Source: Leucoraja ocellata (taxonomy: Eukaryota). Taken from it: DNA of 64,000 bases. The stretch is from the NCBI GenBank assembly GCA_036785375.1, contig JAWMAR010000825.1:248001-312000 (forward strand), read 5' to 3'. The notes under the pieces are model-generated. The model saw nothing but the letters and a program-made list of their open reading frames with translations, was not told the origin of the DNA and made no database searches. A program made the position numbers and the translations under genes. Below, piece after piece: positions 63,358-64,000 of this stretch (the stretch's first letter is position 1; the number at the start of each line of letters is the position of its first letter).

Positions 63358-63801
63358 TGCACCAGCGAGCCCTTCTTCACCCACCGCAAGGGTCCAGTTT
63401 ACACGGCTGTTGTGGCACACGTTGGATCACCTAAGATTTATTCTGTCCGCTGCCACCGACTGGATGCGCTTGGTCACCCTGGGGCTCCCTTTCCTCTCAC
63501 CAGCAACAGCTTCTTTCTGTTGGCCATCGCTTTATCCACTCTGACTCTTCCGGCCCGCCCCTCCCTCTCCCCCCCCCCCTCCCCTTCCACTGCTGCCTCC
63601 TCCTCCTCCCATCACTTTGTCCACTCCTGGGGAGGAGGAGGAGACAGTGGAACGGTCAAAGCAACAGGCAAGAGCTGAGGGAGCCCCAAGGTGACCAAGC
63701 GCGTCTTATTGGTACGGCGGCCCGAAGAAACGCGCCCTCTTGGTGGCTACGACGTGAACCGCAACACAGGCGCATCAATGGGTGAAAGGCTCACTGGTGC
63801 A
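63358..63801. mobile_element. GC-rich foldback (palindromic) element
   Basis: Nested inverted matches: 63358-63383 / 63780-63801, 63466-63490 / 63678-63702 (24/25) and 63586-63610 / 63629-63652. Confidence 0.7.
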
Positions 63802-64000
63802 GACCAAGCTTGCATCTGCATTTAGTTTTAAGGCGGGTGGAGTAAATAACAGAGGCTAGAGGTTTAAGTTTATTGTCACGTGCATTGAGTTGAGGTACTG
63901 TAAAAAGCTTTGATTTGCATGTTATCCAATCAGATCAGCTAATACTATACGTAAATACAATCAAGCCATACTCAAATACAATAGATAGAGCAAAGGGGAA

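Overview
AT-rich vertebrate genomic DNA, most likely a cartilaginous fish (skate/ray/shark; inferred from HE1/V-SINE-like SINEs, CR1-, Rex/Babar- and Penelope-like repeats and from protein divergence). It holds two spliced protein-coding genes on the minus strand in the tandem order seen in human 1p36. The first is the last 10 coding exons of EIF4G3 (63172 down to stop at 47217; MA3 and W2 domains). The second, about 23.5 kb downstream, is a complete HP1BP3 (CpG-island non-coding exon ~23528-23660, 11 coding exons from ATG 19423 to stop 4628, 505 aa by my exon assembly). Most other ORFs in the track are transposon fragments or chance ORFs. Introns and the intergenic region are dense with mobile elements: a head-to-tail array of non-autonomous Helitrons, a full-length decayed IR/DR Tc1 element plus a nested second copy, PIF/Harbinger MITEs, foldback elements, two ~1 kb TAG...CTA elements, and many short Penelope-derived repeats carrying a minimal hammerhead-ribozyme-like core. 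I see no clearly new multi-gene system. The best leads are the hammerhead-like Penelope repeats, the Helitron array, a GC-AG intron and an altered PxVxL motif in HP1BP3, and an intergenic CTCF site with its upstream module. Exon coordinates were read by hand from splice signals and frame continuity; repeat boundaries are approximate unless a TIR or TSD is given.
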